Of a stretch of 64,000 nt of DNA, positions 35,387-44,653 are shown piece after piece. Made by a program: the position numbers and the translations under genes. The stretch is from an uncultured bacterium (lineage in GTDB: Bacteria; Bacillota; Clostridia; Oscillospirales; CAG-272). The notes beneath the pieces are model-generated. The model ran no database searches, was not told where the DNA came from, and was given only the letters and a program-made list of their open reading frames with translations. Every line of letters starts with the position of its first letter. Position 1 is the first letter of the stretch. The stretch lies in NCBI GenBank assembly GCA_949282345.1, contig CASDOQ010000048.1, positions 17,309 through 81,308 on the forward strand. Direction: 5' to 3'.

Positions 35387-35430
35387 ACGGCATTCCGGAA
35401 AGATCCCTGCGGATGCCGTTTTTTCTTTTT
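35387..35430. terminator. bidirectional terminator between oadG and the convergent pyridoxal kinase gene
   Basis: ACGGCATTC / GGATGCCGT stem flanked by an A-run and a T-run. Confidence 0.65.
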
Positions 35431-36313
35431 AAGATCGCCCCGGTAATTTTTCGGATGAAGATCGCCCCCCCGGTAATTTTTCGGGGGCGAACTCAGCGCA
35501 CAGAACCGGGAGTGCCTCCTCGAAGTTGACACCGTAGGTGCGGTGGTCGGGGTCGCGGAGGGTCAGGTCGATGCAAAAGACCGTATAGTCGGCCGCCACG
35601 CGGATTGCCTCTTCCGCGCTCCTGCCGCGCGACAGCGCCCCGGTGAAGGCGGAGGCAAAGATATCGCCGGTACCGTGGAAAGAGGCCGGGAGATGCTCGC
35701 GATAGTATTCAAAGAAGCGGTCGTCTTCTCTGTCATAGGCCATCACGCCGAGGCGGCCGGGCTCAAAACTGACCCCGGTCAGCACCGAGACGCGCGGGCC
35801 GAGAGCCGCAAGACGGCGCAGGATCACTTCGATATCCGCACGCGTATAGCGGTCGCCCGGGTAGGGGATGCCGAGGAGGAAGGAGGCCTCGGTCAGGTTC
35901 GGCAGAATGATATCGGCATGGGCGCAGAGCGAGGCCATCCGCGCCGCAAATTCTTCGGTGAAGCCGGGATAGAGTTTTCCGTTGTCAGCCATGACTGGGT
36001 CAACGACGATCTTGGCCGATCTCCCGAATCGGGCAAAGAAATCCTCCACGATTTCAAGTTGGCGGGCGGAACCGAGATAGCCGGTGTAAATGGCTGCAAA
36101 ATCCAGTCCTTCCGCCTCCCAGTGCGCGGCAATGCCGGTCAGATCGTCGGTCAGATCGCGGAAAGTGTAGCCGCGGAACATGGTGTGGGTCGAGAGGACG
36201 GCCGTCGGCAGGATGGCGCACTCCAGTCCCATGGCAGAAAGGATCGGAAGAGCCACGGTCAGCGAACACTTTCCGATGCAGGAAATATCCTGAATGGTTA
36301 CGATACGTTTCAT
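35429..36313 (-). CDS. pdxK: pyridoxal/pyridoxine/pyridoxamine kinase
   Basis: 294 aa, ribokinase-like fold, starts MKRIVTIQDISCIGKCSL and has a GTGD motif near the C-terminus. Confidence 0.8.
   Translation of the reverse strand: MKRIVTIQDISCIGKCSLTVALPILSAMGLECAILPTAVLSTHTMFRGYTFRDLTDDLTGIAAHWEAEGLDFAAIYTGYLGSARQLEIVEDFFARFGRSAKIVVDPVMADNGKLYPGFTEEFAARMASLCAHADIILPNLTEASFLLGIPYPGDRYTRADIEVILRRLAALGPRVSVLTGVSFEPGRLGVMAYDREDDRFFEYYREHLPASFHGTGDIFASAFTGALSRGRSAEEAIRVAADYTVFCIDLTLRDPDHRTYGVNFEEALPVLCAEFAPEKLPGGRSSSEKLPGRS
35431..35484. repeat. in-frame tandem duplication (27-nt period) at the 3' end of the kinase gene
   Basis: AAGATCGCCCCGGTAATTTTTCGG and AAGATCGCCCCCCCGGTAATTTTTCGG. This encodes the duplicated ...EKLPG... 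tail. The copies differ by C4 versus C7 runs. Confidence 0.85.
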
Positions 36314-36341
36314 AGCATTCTCCTTGCGCGGTCAATAAAGT

Positions 36342-36371
36342 AAGTGCCGCCGGACTTTTTCGGCGGCACTT
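36342..36371 (-). terminator. terminator of the hydrogenase operon
   Basis: AAGTGCCGCCG / CGGCGGCACTT stem. Confidence 0.7.
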
Positions 36372-36376
36372 GTTCA

Positions 36377-38143
36377 TCAGCGGAAACGCTCCGGCCGCGC
36401 CTCGTAAGAGGTGTGCAGAAGTTCGTGCGCCAGATGGGAGTTCGGTTCGCCGAGATAGTCGGCGTACAGAAGCTTGATCTGGGGATTGTTGTGGGATTGA
36501 CGGATGGTCAGCCGTTCATCCTCACTGTACAGGGCATCTGCGCGCTTTTGCCGATAGGTATCCAGAATGTCGGGATCCTCGTTCGGCAGGAGGGCGGGAC
36601 GGACGAAGGGCTGGCCGCCGCCGTTGACGCAGCCGCCGGGGCAACCCATGATCTCAATGAAAGTATAGGGAGACTTGCCGGCGCGGATGTCGTCCAAGAG
36701 GGGCTTGGCATTCTTCATGCCGTGGGCGACCGCCACGCGGACGTCCATGCCGCCCATGTGAACGGTGGCTTCCCGGATGCCTTCAAAGCCGCGGACGGCC
36801 GTGAATTCGATCGCTTCGTATTCCTTGCCTTCCAGGGCATAGTAAGCGGTACGGAGAGCCGCTTCCATCACGCCGCCGGTCACGCCGAAGATCACGCCGG
36901 CACCGGTGTAATCGCCCAGAAGATCCTGATCGAATTCCTCGTCGGGAAGCATCAGGAAGTTGATACCAGAGCGCTTGATCAGTTTGCCGAGTTCACGGGT
37001 GGTCAGCACGGCATCAACGTCCTTGATCCCGTCGTGCTGAAGCTGGGGACGATCTTTCTCAAACTTCTTGGCCGTGCAGGGCATGATCGAGACGACGAAG
37101 ATGTCCTTCGGGTCGATGCCCTTCTTTTCGGCGTAGTAGGATTTGATGATAGCGCCTTCCATTTCGTGGGGGGATTTGCAGGAAGAGAGGTGGCCGAGCA
37201 GGTCGCCGTAGTAGTATTCGGCGTAGTTGATCCATCCCGGAGAGCAGGAGGTGATCATCGGGAGAACACCGCCGTTTTTGACGCGGTTCAGCAGTTCGCC
37301 GGCTTCTTCCATGATGGTCAGATCGGCACTGAAGTTGGTGTCGTAGACCTTTTCAAAGCCGAGACGGCGGAGAGCCGCGACCATCTTCCCGGTGACGGGA
37401 GTACCGATCTTCATGCCGAATTCTTCCCCGAGGGCGGCACGGACGGCGGGAGCCGTCTGCACGATGACGTGCTTGCCGGCGGCCATGGCCGCATCCACAC
37501 GGTCGATCTCAGAGACTTCCGACAGCGCGCCGGTCGGGCAGACGCTGACGCACTGGCCGCACAGGATACAGGGAGAATCGGCGAAAGAACGGTTTCCGGC
37601 CGGGGCCACGATGGTGGCAAAGCCGCGGTTCTCAAATCCGAGGACGCCGAGGCCGTGTGCGTTCTTGCAACGCTCCACGCAACGGCCGCAGAGGATGCAC
37701 TTGGAGGTATCGCGCTGGATCGAGGGGGTCAGACGGTCGACCGTTACCGGGGTCTTGGCACCCTCAAACATCCCTTCGCGTGCGCCGGTCAACCGGGCGA
37801 CGTGAAGCAGTTCGCAGTTCCCGTTTTTGGAGCACTGCTGGCAGTTCTTGTTATGGTTGGAGAGGAGGAGTTCCACCGAGGCACGGCGGGCTTCCGTCGC
37901 TTTCGGAGAGGAGATGCGGATCTCCATGCCCTCCGCTACCGGATACACGCAGGAGGCGACCAGTCCGCGCGCGCCGGTCGCTTCTACCAGACACACACGG
38001 CAGGAGCCGCGGGAGCATTGCCCGTGGTTGAAGGCGCAGAGCGAGGGGATCACATAGCCGCAGATCCGGGCGGCTTCCAAAATGGTCAGGCCCTCTTCTA
38101 CCTGATAGGGCTGGCCTTCGATCTTGATATTTACTTTTGCCAT
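36377..38143 (-). CDS. hydA: [FeFe] hydrogenase catalytic subunit (HydA/HndD type, with an N-terminal 2Fe-2S and 4Fe-4S ferredoxin region)
   Basis: H-cluster motifs (TSCSPGW, MPCTAKK, EIMGCPGGCVNGGG). The start was moved to MAKVNIKIEGQ, preceded by GAAGGAG. Confidence 0.9.
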   Translation of the reverse strand: MAKVNIKIEGQPYQVEEGLTILEAARICGYVIPSLCAFNHGQCSRGSCRVCLVEATGARGLVASCVYPVAEGMEIRISSPKATEARRASVELLLSNHNKNCQQCSKNGNCELLHVARLTGAREGMFEGAKTPVTVDRLTPSIQRDTSKCILCGRCVERCKNAHGLGVLGFENRGFATIVAPAGNRSFADSPCILCGQCVSVCPTGALSEVSEIDRVDAAMAAGKHVIVQTAPAVRAALGEEFGMKIGTPVTGKMVAALRRLGFEKVYDTNFSADLTIMEEAGELLNRVKNGGVLPMITSCSPGWINYAEYYYGDLLGHLSSCKSPHEMEGAIIKSYYAEKKGIDPKDIFVVSIMPCTAKKFEKDRPQLQHDGIKDVDAVLTTRELGKLIKRSGINFLMLPDEEFDQDLLGDYTGAGVIFGVTGGVMEAALRTAYYALEGKEYEAIEFTAVRGFEGIREATVHMGGMDVRVAVAHGMKNAKPLLDDIRAGKSPYTFIEIMGCPGGCVNGGGQPFVRPALLPNEDPDILDTYRQKRADALYSEDERLTIRQSHNNPQIKLLYADYLGEPNSHLAHELLHTSYEARPERFR

Positions 38144-38157
38144 TGTTTTTCTCTCCT

Positions 38158-40047
38158 TCACTCTTTGCTGATGGCCTTGAATTTGCAGGATGCCATGCAG
38201 AGGCCGCATTTGATGCACTTGTCCGGATCGATCACGCGGGAGGGCAGCTTATGACCCGGGGCGACATAGTCGGTTCTCGAAATCGCGCCGACGGGGCACT
38301 GCCGTTCGCAGAGGCCGCATCCGATACAGGTATCGCGGTCGATGGTATACTTCATCAGGTTCTTGCAGACGTGTGCGGGGCACTTCTTGTCTACGATATG
38401 GGCGATGTATTCGTCCTCAAAATGCGCCAGCGTGGAGAGGATCGGGTTGGCGGCCGTCTGACCCAGCGCGCAGAGCGAGTTGGTCTTTACGGTCCGGCCG
38501 AGAGCCTTCAGCTCTTCCAGATCCTTCATGGTTCCCTTGCCGTCGGTGATCCGGGTCAGCAGTTCGAGCATCCGCTTGGTGCCGATACGGCAGGGAGAAC
38601 ACTTCCCGCAGGATTCGTCACAGATGAATTCCATGTAGAACTTTGCCACGTCGACCATGCAGTTGTCTTCGTCCATGACGATGGCACCGCCGGAGCCCAT
38701 CATCGAGCCCTTGGCGACGAGGTTATCGAAGTCGATCGGTTCGTCGAGGTATTCCTCGGTCAGGCATCCGCCCGAGGGGCCGCCCGTCTGGATCGCCTTG
38801 AACTTTTTCCCGTTCGGGATGCCGCCGCCGATGTCGTAGATCAGCTCGCGCAGGGTGGTACCCATCGGAACTTCCACAAGGCCGACATTGTTGACCTTTC
38901 CGCCGAGAGCAAAAACCTTGGTGCCCTTGGATTTTTCGGTGCCGCATTCGGCGAACTTGGCCGCGCCTTCACGCAGGATGTACGGTACGCAGGCAAGCGT
39001 TTCCACATTGTTCACGATGGTCGGCTTCTGCCACAGACCCTTGACCGCCGGGAAGGGCGGACGGGGGCGGGGCATACCGCGCTGACCTTCGATCGAGTTC
39101 AGAAGCGCAGTCTCTTCGCCGCAGACGAACGCGCCGGCGCCGAGACGGATATGCGCCTGGAAGGAAAATCCCGAGCCGAAGATGTTATCGCCGAGCAGAC
39201 CGAGCTCATTGGCCTGGCGGATGGCGATGCGCAGACGGCGGACGGCCGTCGGATATTCGGCACGGACGTAGAAGTAACCGTTCTTGGCCCCGATGGCATA
39301 GCCGGCGATGGCCATACCTTCGATGACGGCCAGCGGGTTGCCTTCGAGGATCGAGCGGTCCATGAACGCGCCGGGGTCGCCCTCGTCGCCGTTACAGACC
39401 ACGTACTTTTCATCGTTCTCTTGCGCGTAGGCAAACTGCCATTTCCGCCCGGTGGGGAATCCGCCGCCGCCACGGCCGCGCAGACCGCTGTCGAGCACTT
39501 CCTTGATCACATCGGTCCGATCCATTGACAGGGCGCGGCGCAGACCGCTGTAAGCGCCGTAGCCGAGCGCTTCATCGATGCTCTCGGGGTTGATCACGCC
39601 GCAGCCGTGCAGGGCGATACGCCGCTGCTTCTTGTAGAAGTTGATGTCGTCCTGCCGGGCGACCTTTTCCTTCGTGGCGGGATCCACAAAGAGCAGGCGC
39701 TCCACGACCTCGCCGCCGATCAGATCCTTCTCAACGATCTCCTCCACGTCCTCGAGTTTGACGAGACGGTAGAGCGTATCCTCCGGGAAGATCTTGACGA
39801 ACGGCCCCTGCGAGCAGAAACCGAAGCAGCCGACCTGGTTGACGCTCACGCGCTCTTCCAGCCCGCGTTCGGCGATCAGTTTTTCAAACTTTTCCTTGAT
39901 CTCTGCGGAGTGGGAGGAAAGGCATCCCGTTCCGCCGCAGAGCACGACGGCACGGTGGCCGTCCTTGCCGGCGAACTTGTCTTTCAGTGCTTCGGTGCAG
40001 GCACAGATCTTTTTGTCAAGCTCTGCGCCGGATGTAATCTTATTCAT
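38158..40047 (-). CDS. hydB: NuoF-like NAD(P)H-binding flavoprotein subunit of the hydrogenase (HydB/HndC type)
   Basis: 629 aa with an FMN/NADH-binding core (GRGGGGFPTGRKW), a SLBB region and two C-terminal 4Fe-4S ferredoxin motifs. Confidence 0.9.
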   Translation of the reverse strand: MNKITSGAELDKKICACTEALKDKFAGKDGHRAVVLCGGTGCLSSHSAEIKEKFEKLIAERGLEERVSVNQVGCFGFCSQGPFVKIFPEDTLYRLVKLEDVEEIVEKDLIGGEVVERLLFVDPATKEKVARQDDINFYKKQRRIALHGCGVINPESIDEALGYGAYSGLRRALSMDRTDVIKEVLDSGLRGRGGGGFPTGRKWQFAYAQENDEKYVVCNGDEGDPGAFMDRSILEGNPLAVIEGMAIAGYAIGAKNGYFYVRAEYPTAVRRLRIAIRQANELGLLGDNIFGSGFSFQAHIRLGAGAFVCGEETALLNSIEGQRGMPRPRPPFPAVKGLWQKPTIVNNVETLACVPYILREGAAKFAECGTEKSKGTKVFALGGKVNNVGLVEVPMGTTLRELIYDIGGGIPNGKKFKAIQTGGPSGGCLTEEYLDEPIDFDNLVAKGSMMGSGGAIVMDEDNCMVDVAKFYMEFICDESCGKCSPCRIGTKRMLELLTRITDGKGTMKDLEELKALGRTVKTNSLCALGQTAANPILSTLAHFEDEYIAHIVDKKCPAHVCKNLMKYTIDRDTCIGCGLCERQCPVGAISRTDYVAPGHKLPSRVIDPDKCIKCGLCMASCKFKAISKE

Positions 40048-40535
40048 GCTTCCGCACCTCCGAGTTTTTTATATTCTTCGATCACCCCTGCCACGGCGGA
40101 AACCGTCATCTTGGGGTAGACTTTTCCGTTGATGGAAACGGCCGGCGCAATGCCGCAGGCCCCGATGCAACGGAGCGCGTCGATGGTGAACATCCCGTCC
40201 TCGGTCGTTTCGCCGGGGGCAACGCCGAGCAGCTCGCAGAACTTATCGATGATCTGCTGGGCTCCCTTGACGTAGCAGGCCGTTCCGAGACAGCAACCGA
40301 TGATGTACTTTCCCTTCGGTTTCAGCGAGAAGAACGAATAAAAGGTGACAACGCCGTAGATCTCCGCAACCGAGATCCCGGTCTTTTCCGAGACGATCTC
40401 CTGCACTTCGACGGGAATATAGCCGTATTCCGTCTGAATGTCGCTGAGAATCATCATCAGGGGGGTGTTTTCGTCGGCATATCTGTCGCAGATCTCCCGG
40501 ATCTTACATACAGCCGCCTCGTTGAGATGAGCCAT
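40044..40535 (-). CDS. hydC: NuoE-like [2Fe-2S] subunit of the hydrogenase (HydC/HndA type)
   Basis: 163 aa with a thioredoxin-like 2Fe-2S cysteine pattern (CLGTAC...CIGAC). ATGA overlap with hydB. Confidence 0.88.
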   Translation of the reverse strand: MAHLNEAAVCKIREICDRYADENTPLMMILSDIQTEYGYIPVEVQEIVSEKTGISVAEIYGVVTFYSFFSLKPKGKYIIGCCLGTACYVKGAQQIIDKFCELLGVAPGETTEDGMFTIDALRCIGACGIAPAVSINGKVYPKMTVSAVAGVIEEYKKLGGAEA

Positions 40536-40609
40536 GAAGTTCCTCCTTGTTTCGCGCGGCTTATGCCGCAGATTAAGCACGGACGATGCCGTGTACGAAC
40601 CATCTATAT

Positions 40610-40638
40610 ATATTATCATATAGGCTGCTGCTTGTCAA
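40610..40638 (-). promoter_or_regulatory. sigma-A-like promoter of hydCBA
   Basis: On the minus strand: TTGACA, 17-nt spacer, TAATAT. Confidence 0.65.
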
Positions 40639-40730
40639 GTGTCGGCGGGCGGGAATTTACGGAATTCCGTCACTTTCTGCCGGAAAAGGGACGGGGAAGA
40701 CAAAAAACGGGGCGGGCGGCTCTGTCGGGC

Positions 40731-40759
40731 TTGTATTTTGAATGAAAATCTGTTATACT
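40731..40759 (+). promoter_or_regulatory. sigma-A-like promoter of the pseudouridine synthase gene
   Basis: TTGTAT, 17-nt spacer (ending TGt), TATACT. Confidence 0.6.
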
Positions 40760-40841
40760 GGGAAAAACTGAAAACCGCGTCTGCCGTACCGGCAAAGAAA
40801 ATGTCGGAGCGTTACGGCAGAACGGCATTTGGCGGTGTGAA

Positions 40842-41513
40842 ATGCTGAAGATCGTCTATGTGGATGAATATATTGCCGTCGCGCTCAAGCCGCGCGGCGT
40901 TCTTTCGGAGGGGAGCGACTCCGGCGGAATGCCGGAACTGCTGCGCGAGGCCTGCGGCGGGGAATTCCGTTCCGTGCATCGGCTCGACCGCGAGACGGCG
41001 GGGCTGATGGTCTTTGCACGGCAGGCGCGTGCGGCCGGGGCGCTCAGCGCGGCGTTGCAGGCCGGCCGTTTCGGGAAGGAATACGCGGCGGTGGTGCATG
41101 GCATCCCCGATCCGCCGGAAGGCGAGTACCGGGATCTGCTCTACCGCGATGCCGCCGCCAACAAGACCTATCTCGTCACGCGTCCGCGCCGCGGCGTGCG
41201 TGAGGCTCTGCTCACCTATCGCACCGAGGCGACCGTCAGAACGCCGGACGGGAACTTTTCCCTGGTCGCCGTCCGCCTCGGCACGGGGCGCACCCACCAG
41301 ATCCGCGCGCAGTTTGCCGGGCGGGGGATGCCGTTGTACGGGGATGGCCGCTACGGCGGGCGCGAGCGGGCGCCGCTCGGGCTTTTTGCCCGCGCTTTGT
41401 CTTTCCCGCATCCCGTCACGGGGAAAAAACTCTCTTTCCGGGAGGCGTTGCCCGACGAGGAGGCCTTCCTCCTGTTTGGCGACGGGACGGAGACCGACGG
41501 AAAAGAAGGATGA
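40842..41513 (+). CDS. RluA-family pseudouridine synthase (short form, no S4 domain)
   Basis: HRLDRETAGL catalytic motif. 223 aa. Confidence 0.85.
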   Translation: MLKIVYVDEYIAVALKPRGVLSEGSDSGGMPELLREACGGEFRSVHRLDRETAGLMVFARQARAAGALSAALQAGRFGKEYAAVVHGIPDPPEGEYRDLLYRDAAANKTYLVTRPRRGVREALLTYRTEATVRTPDGNFSLVAVRLGTGRTHQIRAQFAGRGMPLYGDGRYGGRERAPLGLFARALSFPHPVTGKKLSFREALPDEEAFLLFGDGTETDGKEG

Positions 41514-41737
41514 ATCCCGAAAAGATTTACGAAAAAACGTCGGACTTTGTGAAAGAGAGAAAATTTTCCGGATTTTACAGGTGGCACTTCGTAAAACTTC
41601 GTCGGAAAACGCGCGCCCGTCGCGTGCCTACGTACGAGCGCGAGAGCGCGCAGGATCTGGAGCAAAGAGACGAGAGCCGGCGGAGAAACGACCGGGAACC
41701 GATCTTTGCCGAAGAAGGCCAGGAAAGACAAATATAA
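41510..41737 (+). CDS. possible small, highly charged basic protein (75 aa), function unknown
   Basis: The ATG overlaps the rluA stop (ATGA), and the ORF ends directly at a terminator. No family recognised. Confidence 0.3.
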   Translation: MNPEKIYEKTSDFVKERKFSGFYRWHFVKLRRKTRARRVPTYERESAQDLEQRDESRRRNDREPIFAEEGQERQI

Positions 41738-41739
41738 AA

Positions 41740-41771
41740 AGCGGTGGAGATCCCATCGCTTTTCTTTTTTG
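41740..41771 (+). terminator. Rho-independent terminator
   Basis: AGCGGTGG / CCATCGCT stem followed by tttctttttt. Confidence 0.7.
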
Positions 41772-41903
41772 GAGGACGGCAATCCAACGAGGATGCCCGG
41801 CATTTTATCATGCCGCCGGTCTGCTTCTGAAAATTCGACCGCTCGCCTGTGCGGAGGTCTTCCGATCGGGTGTCGTCCGTTCTTTTTCCGCGGGGAGAGC
41901 GGC

Positions 41904-42542
41904 TCATCTTTCCGGCGGGACGGTCCCGTCCGGTTCTTTCCCGGGGCTTTCGGCGTTTGGCGCATCAGCGCCGATACCCGGGGCGGTGCTTGCGGAACAG
42001 GGTGAGCGGAGCGGCTCGTCTTCCCGGCGCGCTGATCCCGGCGGGGCGGTATTTTTGCCCTGGTCGCCGGATTTTTTGCGGGGATGAAGCATCTCCGCCA
42101 AAGAACAGCATTTATCGGCCAGCGTCAGGATCCATGCCTCGCGGGACCGGGGCAGGCGGGTGATGTTCAACGGCCACATATGCGAGCGGATGATGCTTTG
42201 TTCCAACTCCCCGATGCCGAACACGCGAACAGCGTTTTCACAGGCCCGGTCGGCGTGGCGGTAGCCGTGCAGGCGATGCGGACGGACGGGGTCGGGAATA
42301 TGCCAGTCGTACAGATAGAAATCATGCAGGTAGGCCGCCCGGAGGAGCGGAGCAAGACGGATCCCGCGCACGCCGCGCGAAAGGCGGAAGGCGAGCCTCG
42401 TCACGCGCTCGACATGATCGAGCGTCGTGGTGGTTCCGTGCTGGATATAATTTCGCATGGAAAGCACCAGCGGGTGCGCGCGCAGTTCTCCCAGTATTTC
42501 CTCCAGTTCGCGCTCTTCTTCCGAAGTCAGCAAATCGCTCAT
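41904..42542 (-). CDS. HD-domain phosphohydrolase with a Pro/Gly-rich C-terminal tail
   Basis: H...HD metal-binding pattern (AAYLHDFYLYDWH). ATG at 42542 lies 5 nt after a G-rich RBS; a GTG at 42548 is an alternative start. Confidence 0.7.
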   Translation of the reverse strand: MSDLLTSEEERELEEILGELRAHPLVLSMRNYIQHGTTTTLDHVERVTRLAFRLSRGVRGIRLAPLLRAAYLHDFYLYDWHIPDPVRPHRLHGYRHADRACENAVRVFGIGELEQSIIRSHMWPLNITRLPRSREAWILTLADKCCSLAEMLHPRKKSGDQGKNTAPPGSARREDEPLRSPCSASTAPGIGADAPNAESPGKEPDGTVPPER

Positions 42543-42851
42543 CGGCACCCCCCTTTCCCTTGGTCTGCACCACGATTATAGCGTTTTTGCGGTGTTTTGT
42601 CAAGCGGGATGATAGGCGAGTTCCGTCGCTTTCCGTCGGGCGCGGTACAAACCGGTCGGAAAAGGTCGGTCACAGAATTTTTACGGCGCGGTCACATTTG
42701 CAAAAAGCGGGGAATTTTCGGGAATGAGGACGGAATATCCGTGAAAAAACCGCCAAAATCCGTTTAAAAAAGGAGATAGTGTAAATAAAACTATGAATTT
42801 TATCCGATGATACCGCGGAACGGGAAGGCGGGAAAAAAATCCTGAAAAGGC

Positions 42852-42880
42852 TTTACTTATCTCTATTTTTATGTTATACT
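42852..42880 (+). promoter_or_regulatory. sigma-A-like promoter of nrdR
   Basis: TTTACT, 17-nt spacer, TATACT, within an AT-rich stretch. Confidence 0.6.
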
Positions 42881-42981
42881 ATTATCGGAAATTTTGTTTC
42901 CGGCCGTTCTGCGCGTTTTGCAGCCTGACGGCGGGCGCGCGGCCGGAAAAGTCTGTAACCCGGAAAGGCAGGGGACGAACG

Positions 42982-43461
42982 ATGAATTGTCCTGTTTGCG
43001 GTGCGCCAGACAGCCGCGTGCTTGACAGCCGCCCCGTAGAAGAAAACAACAGTATCCGCCGCCGCCGCGAATGCCCGGCCTGCGGAAAGCGTTTTACGAC
43101 CTATGAAGTGGTGGATACCGTGCCGATGACGGTCGTGAAAAAGGACGGAAGCCACGAGATATTCGACCGTTTCAAGTTGGAGTCCGGGATCCTCAAGGCC
43201 TGCGAGAAACGCCCGGTGGACGGGCACGCCATCGCCGCGGCCGTGGAGGCCGAACTCGTCAACCGCATGAGCGCCGAGATCAGCACCCGTGAGATCGGGG
43301 AGATGGTCATGGAAGAACTCCGGCGGACCGACGCCGTTGCCTACGTCCGTTTTGCCTCGGTCTATCGTGAATTCAAGGACGTCGGCACCTTTCTTGACGA
43401 GATCCGCAGCGTGATCTCACAGGAGGAAGCCGCCGCTTCCCGGGAGGAGAAAAAAGAATGA
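42982..43461 (+). CDS. nrdR: transcriptional repressor NrdR
   Basis: Starts MNCPVCGAPDSRVLDSRP, with a ...CPACGKRFTTYE zinc ribbon and an ATP-cone domain. Confidence 0.92.
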   Translation: MNCPVCGAPDSRVLDSRPVEENNSIRRRRECPACGKRFTTYEVVDTVPMTVVKKDGSHEIFDRFKLESGILKACEKRPVDGHAIAAAVEAELVNRMSAEISTREIGEMVMEELRRTDAVAYVRFASVYREFKDVGTFLDEIRSVISQEEAAASREEKKE

Positions 43462-44345
43462 TCCGGAGTATGACGGCCTTCGGCCGCGCGCGCTCCGAAG
43501 CGGCAGACAAGGATATTGTCGTGGAGATCCGCTCGGTCAACAGCCGCTATTTCGACTGTACGGTAAAAGCGCCGCATCTCTATCTCCCCTTTGAAGAGAA
43601 GATCAAAACTTTTTTGCAGAAGGAGGTCGTCTCGCGCGGAAAGGTCGACGTTTTCGTTACGGTCGTTCAGCATGAGTCTGCCGCCGTCCGTGTCGATTTT
43701 GACCCGGCGCTGACCCGCGGATATATCGATGCCTTGCGCCGCATGGCCGAGGCATTCTCCCTGCCGGATGACATCAGCGTCATGCGGGTCGCCGGGAACC
43801 GCGATCTCTTTACTTATGCGAGCCCCGAGGTCGATGAGGAGGCCGAATGGGAGCGCCTCTTCCCGGTCCTGCGCGCCGCGGCGGCCGAATTCTCTTCGCG
43901 CCGGAGAGCCGAAGGGGAACGGACCGAGCGCGACATCCGCGAAAAACTCGGCCGCGTGGCCGCCTTGGCCGACGAGGTCGAAAAGATCTCGGAAGCCGAT
44001 AAAAACGGCTATCACGATAAACTGGAAGCCAGGATCCGCGCGGCCCTGGCCGATGCCCGCGTCACGCCGGACGAGGGACGCCTTCTGACCGAGGTCGCCG
44101 TCTTTGCCGACCGGATCGCCATTGACGAGGAACTGGCGCGCCTGCGCAGTCACTTCGTGGCCTTCTCGGAGATCGCCGCCTCGGTGGAACCGTCGGGCCG
44201 TCGGCTCGACTTTCTGATGCAGGAGCTGAACCGCGAGACCAACACCATCGGCAGTAAAGCCAATAATTCGGAGATCGCGCATCGGGTCGTTGCTATGAAG
44301 GGCGAACTTGAAAAGATCCGGGAGCAGGTGCAGAATATCGAATAA
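43458..44345 (+). CDS. yicC: YicC/YloC-family stress-induced protein
   Basis: 295 aa with the C-terminal DUF1732 signature (RRLDFLMQELNRETNTIGSKA). Confidence 0.88.
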   Translation: MIRSMTAFGRARSEAADKDIVVEIRSVNSRYFDCTVKAPHLYLPFEEKIKTFLQKEVVSRGKVDVFVTVVQHESAAVRVDFDPALTRGYIDALRRMAEAFSLPDDISVMRVAGNRDLFTYASPEVDEEAEWERLFPVLRAAAAEFSSRRRAEGERTERDIREKLGRVAALADEVEKISEADKNGYHDKLEARIRAALADARVTPDEGRLLTEVAVFADRIAIDEELARLRSHFVAFSEIAASVEPSGRRLDFLMQELNRETNTIGSKANNSEIAHRVVAMKGELEKIREQVQNIE

Positions 44346-44407
44346 GACCTGCCGTTTGCCGGGCGGGCAGACCGCGCCGGAAAAATCAAAAAAGAGGAAT
44401 CGAAAGC

Positions 44408-44653
44408 ATGACCTTTATCGATATAGGCTTCGGCAATTACGCGGCGGCCGAGAGGATCCTCACGGTCGCCTCGCCCGAGACCGCTCCCATCAAGCGGTTG
44501 GTGCAGGAGGCCAAGGACGACGGCCGCGCCGTGGACGTTTCCTGCGGGCAAAAGACCCGCTCCGTTCTGATCACCGACAGTGATCTGATCCTCCTTTCCG
44601 CCCTGACCCCGGAAGCGCTTGCGGAACAGCTCAACGGAGGAGAGAGAGCTTGA
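44408..44653 (+). CDS. remA: DUF370 / RemA-family regulator
   Basis: 81 aa, starts MTFIDIGFGNYAAAERILTVASPETAPIKRL. Confidence 0.85.
   Translation: MTFIDIGFGNYAAAERILTVASPETAPIKRLVQEAKDDGRAVDVSCGQKTRSVLITDSDLILLSALTPEALAEQLNGGERA

Noticed and set aside
41014-42087. A 357-aa plus-strand ORF spanning the 3' half of the rluA-family gene and the following intergenic region.
   Set aside because: It is out of frame with the well-supported pseudouridine synthase, extremely Arg/Pro/Ser-rich, and crosses a terminator. It is an artefact.
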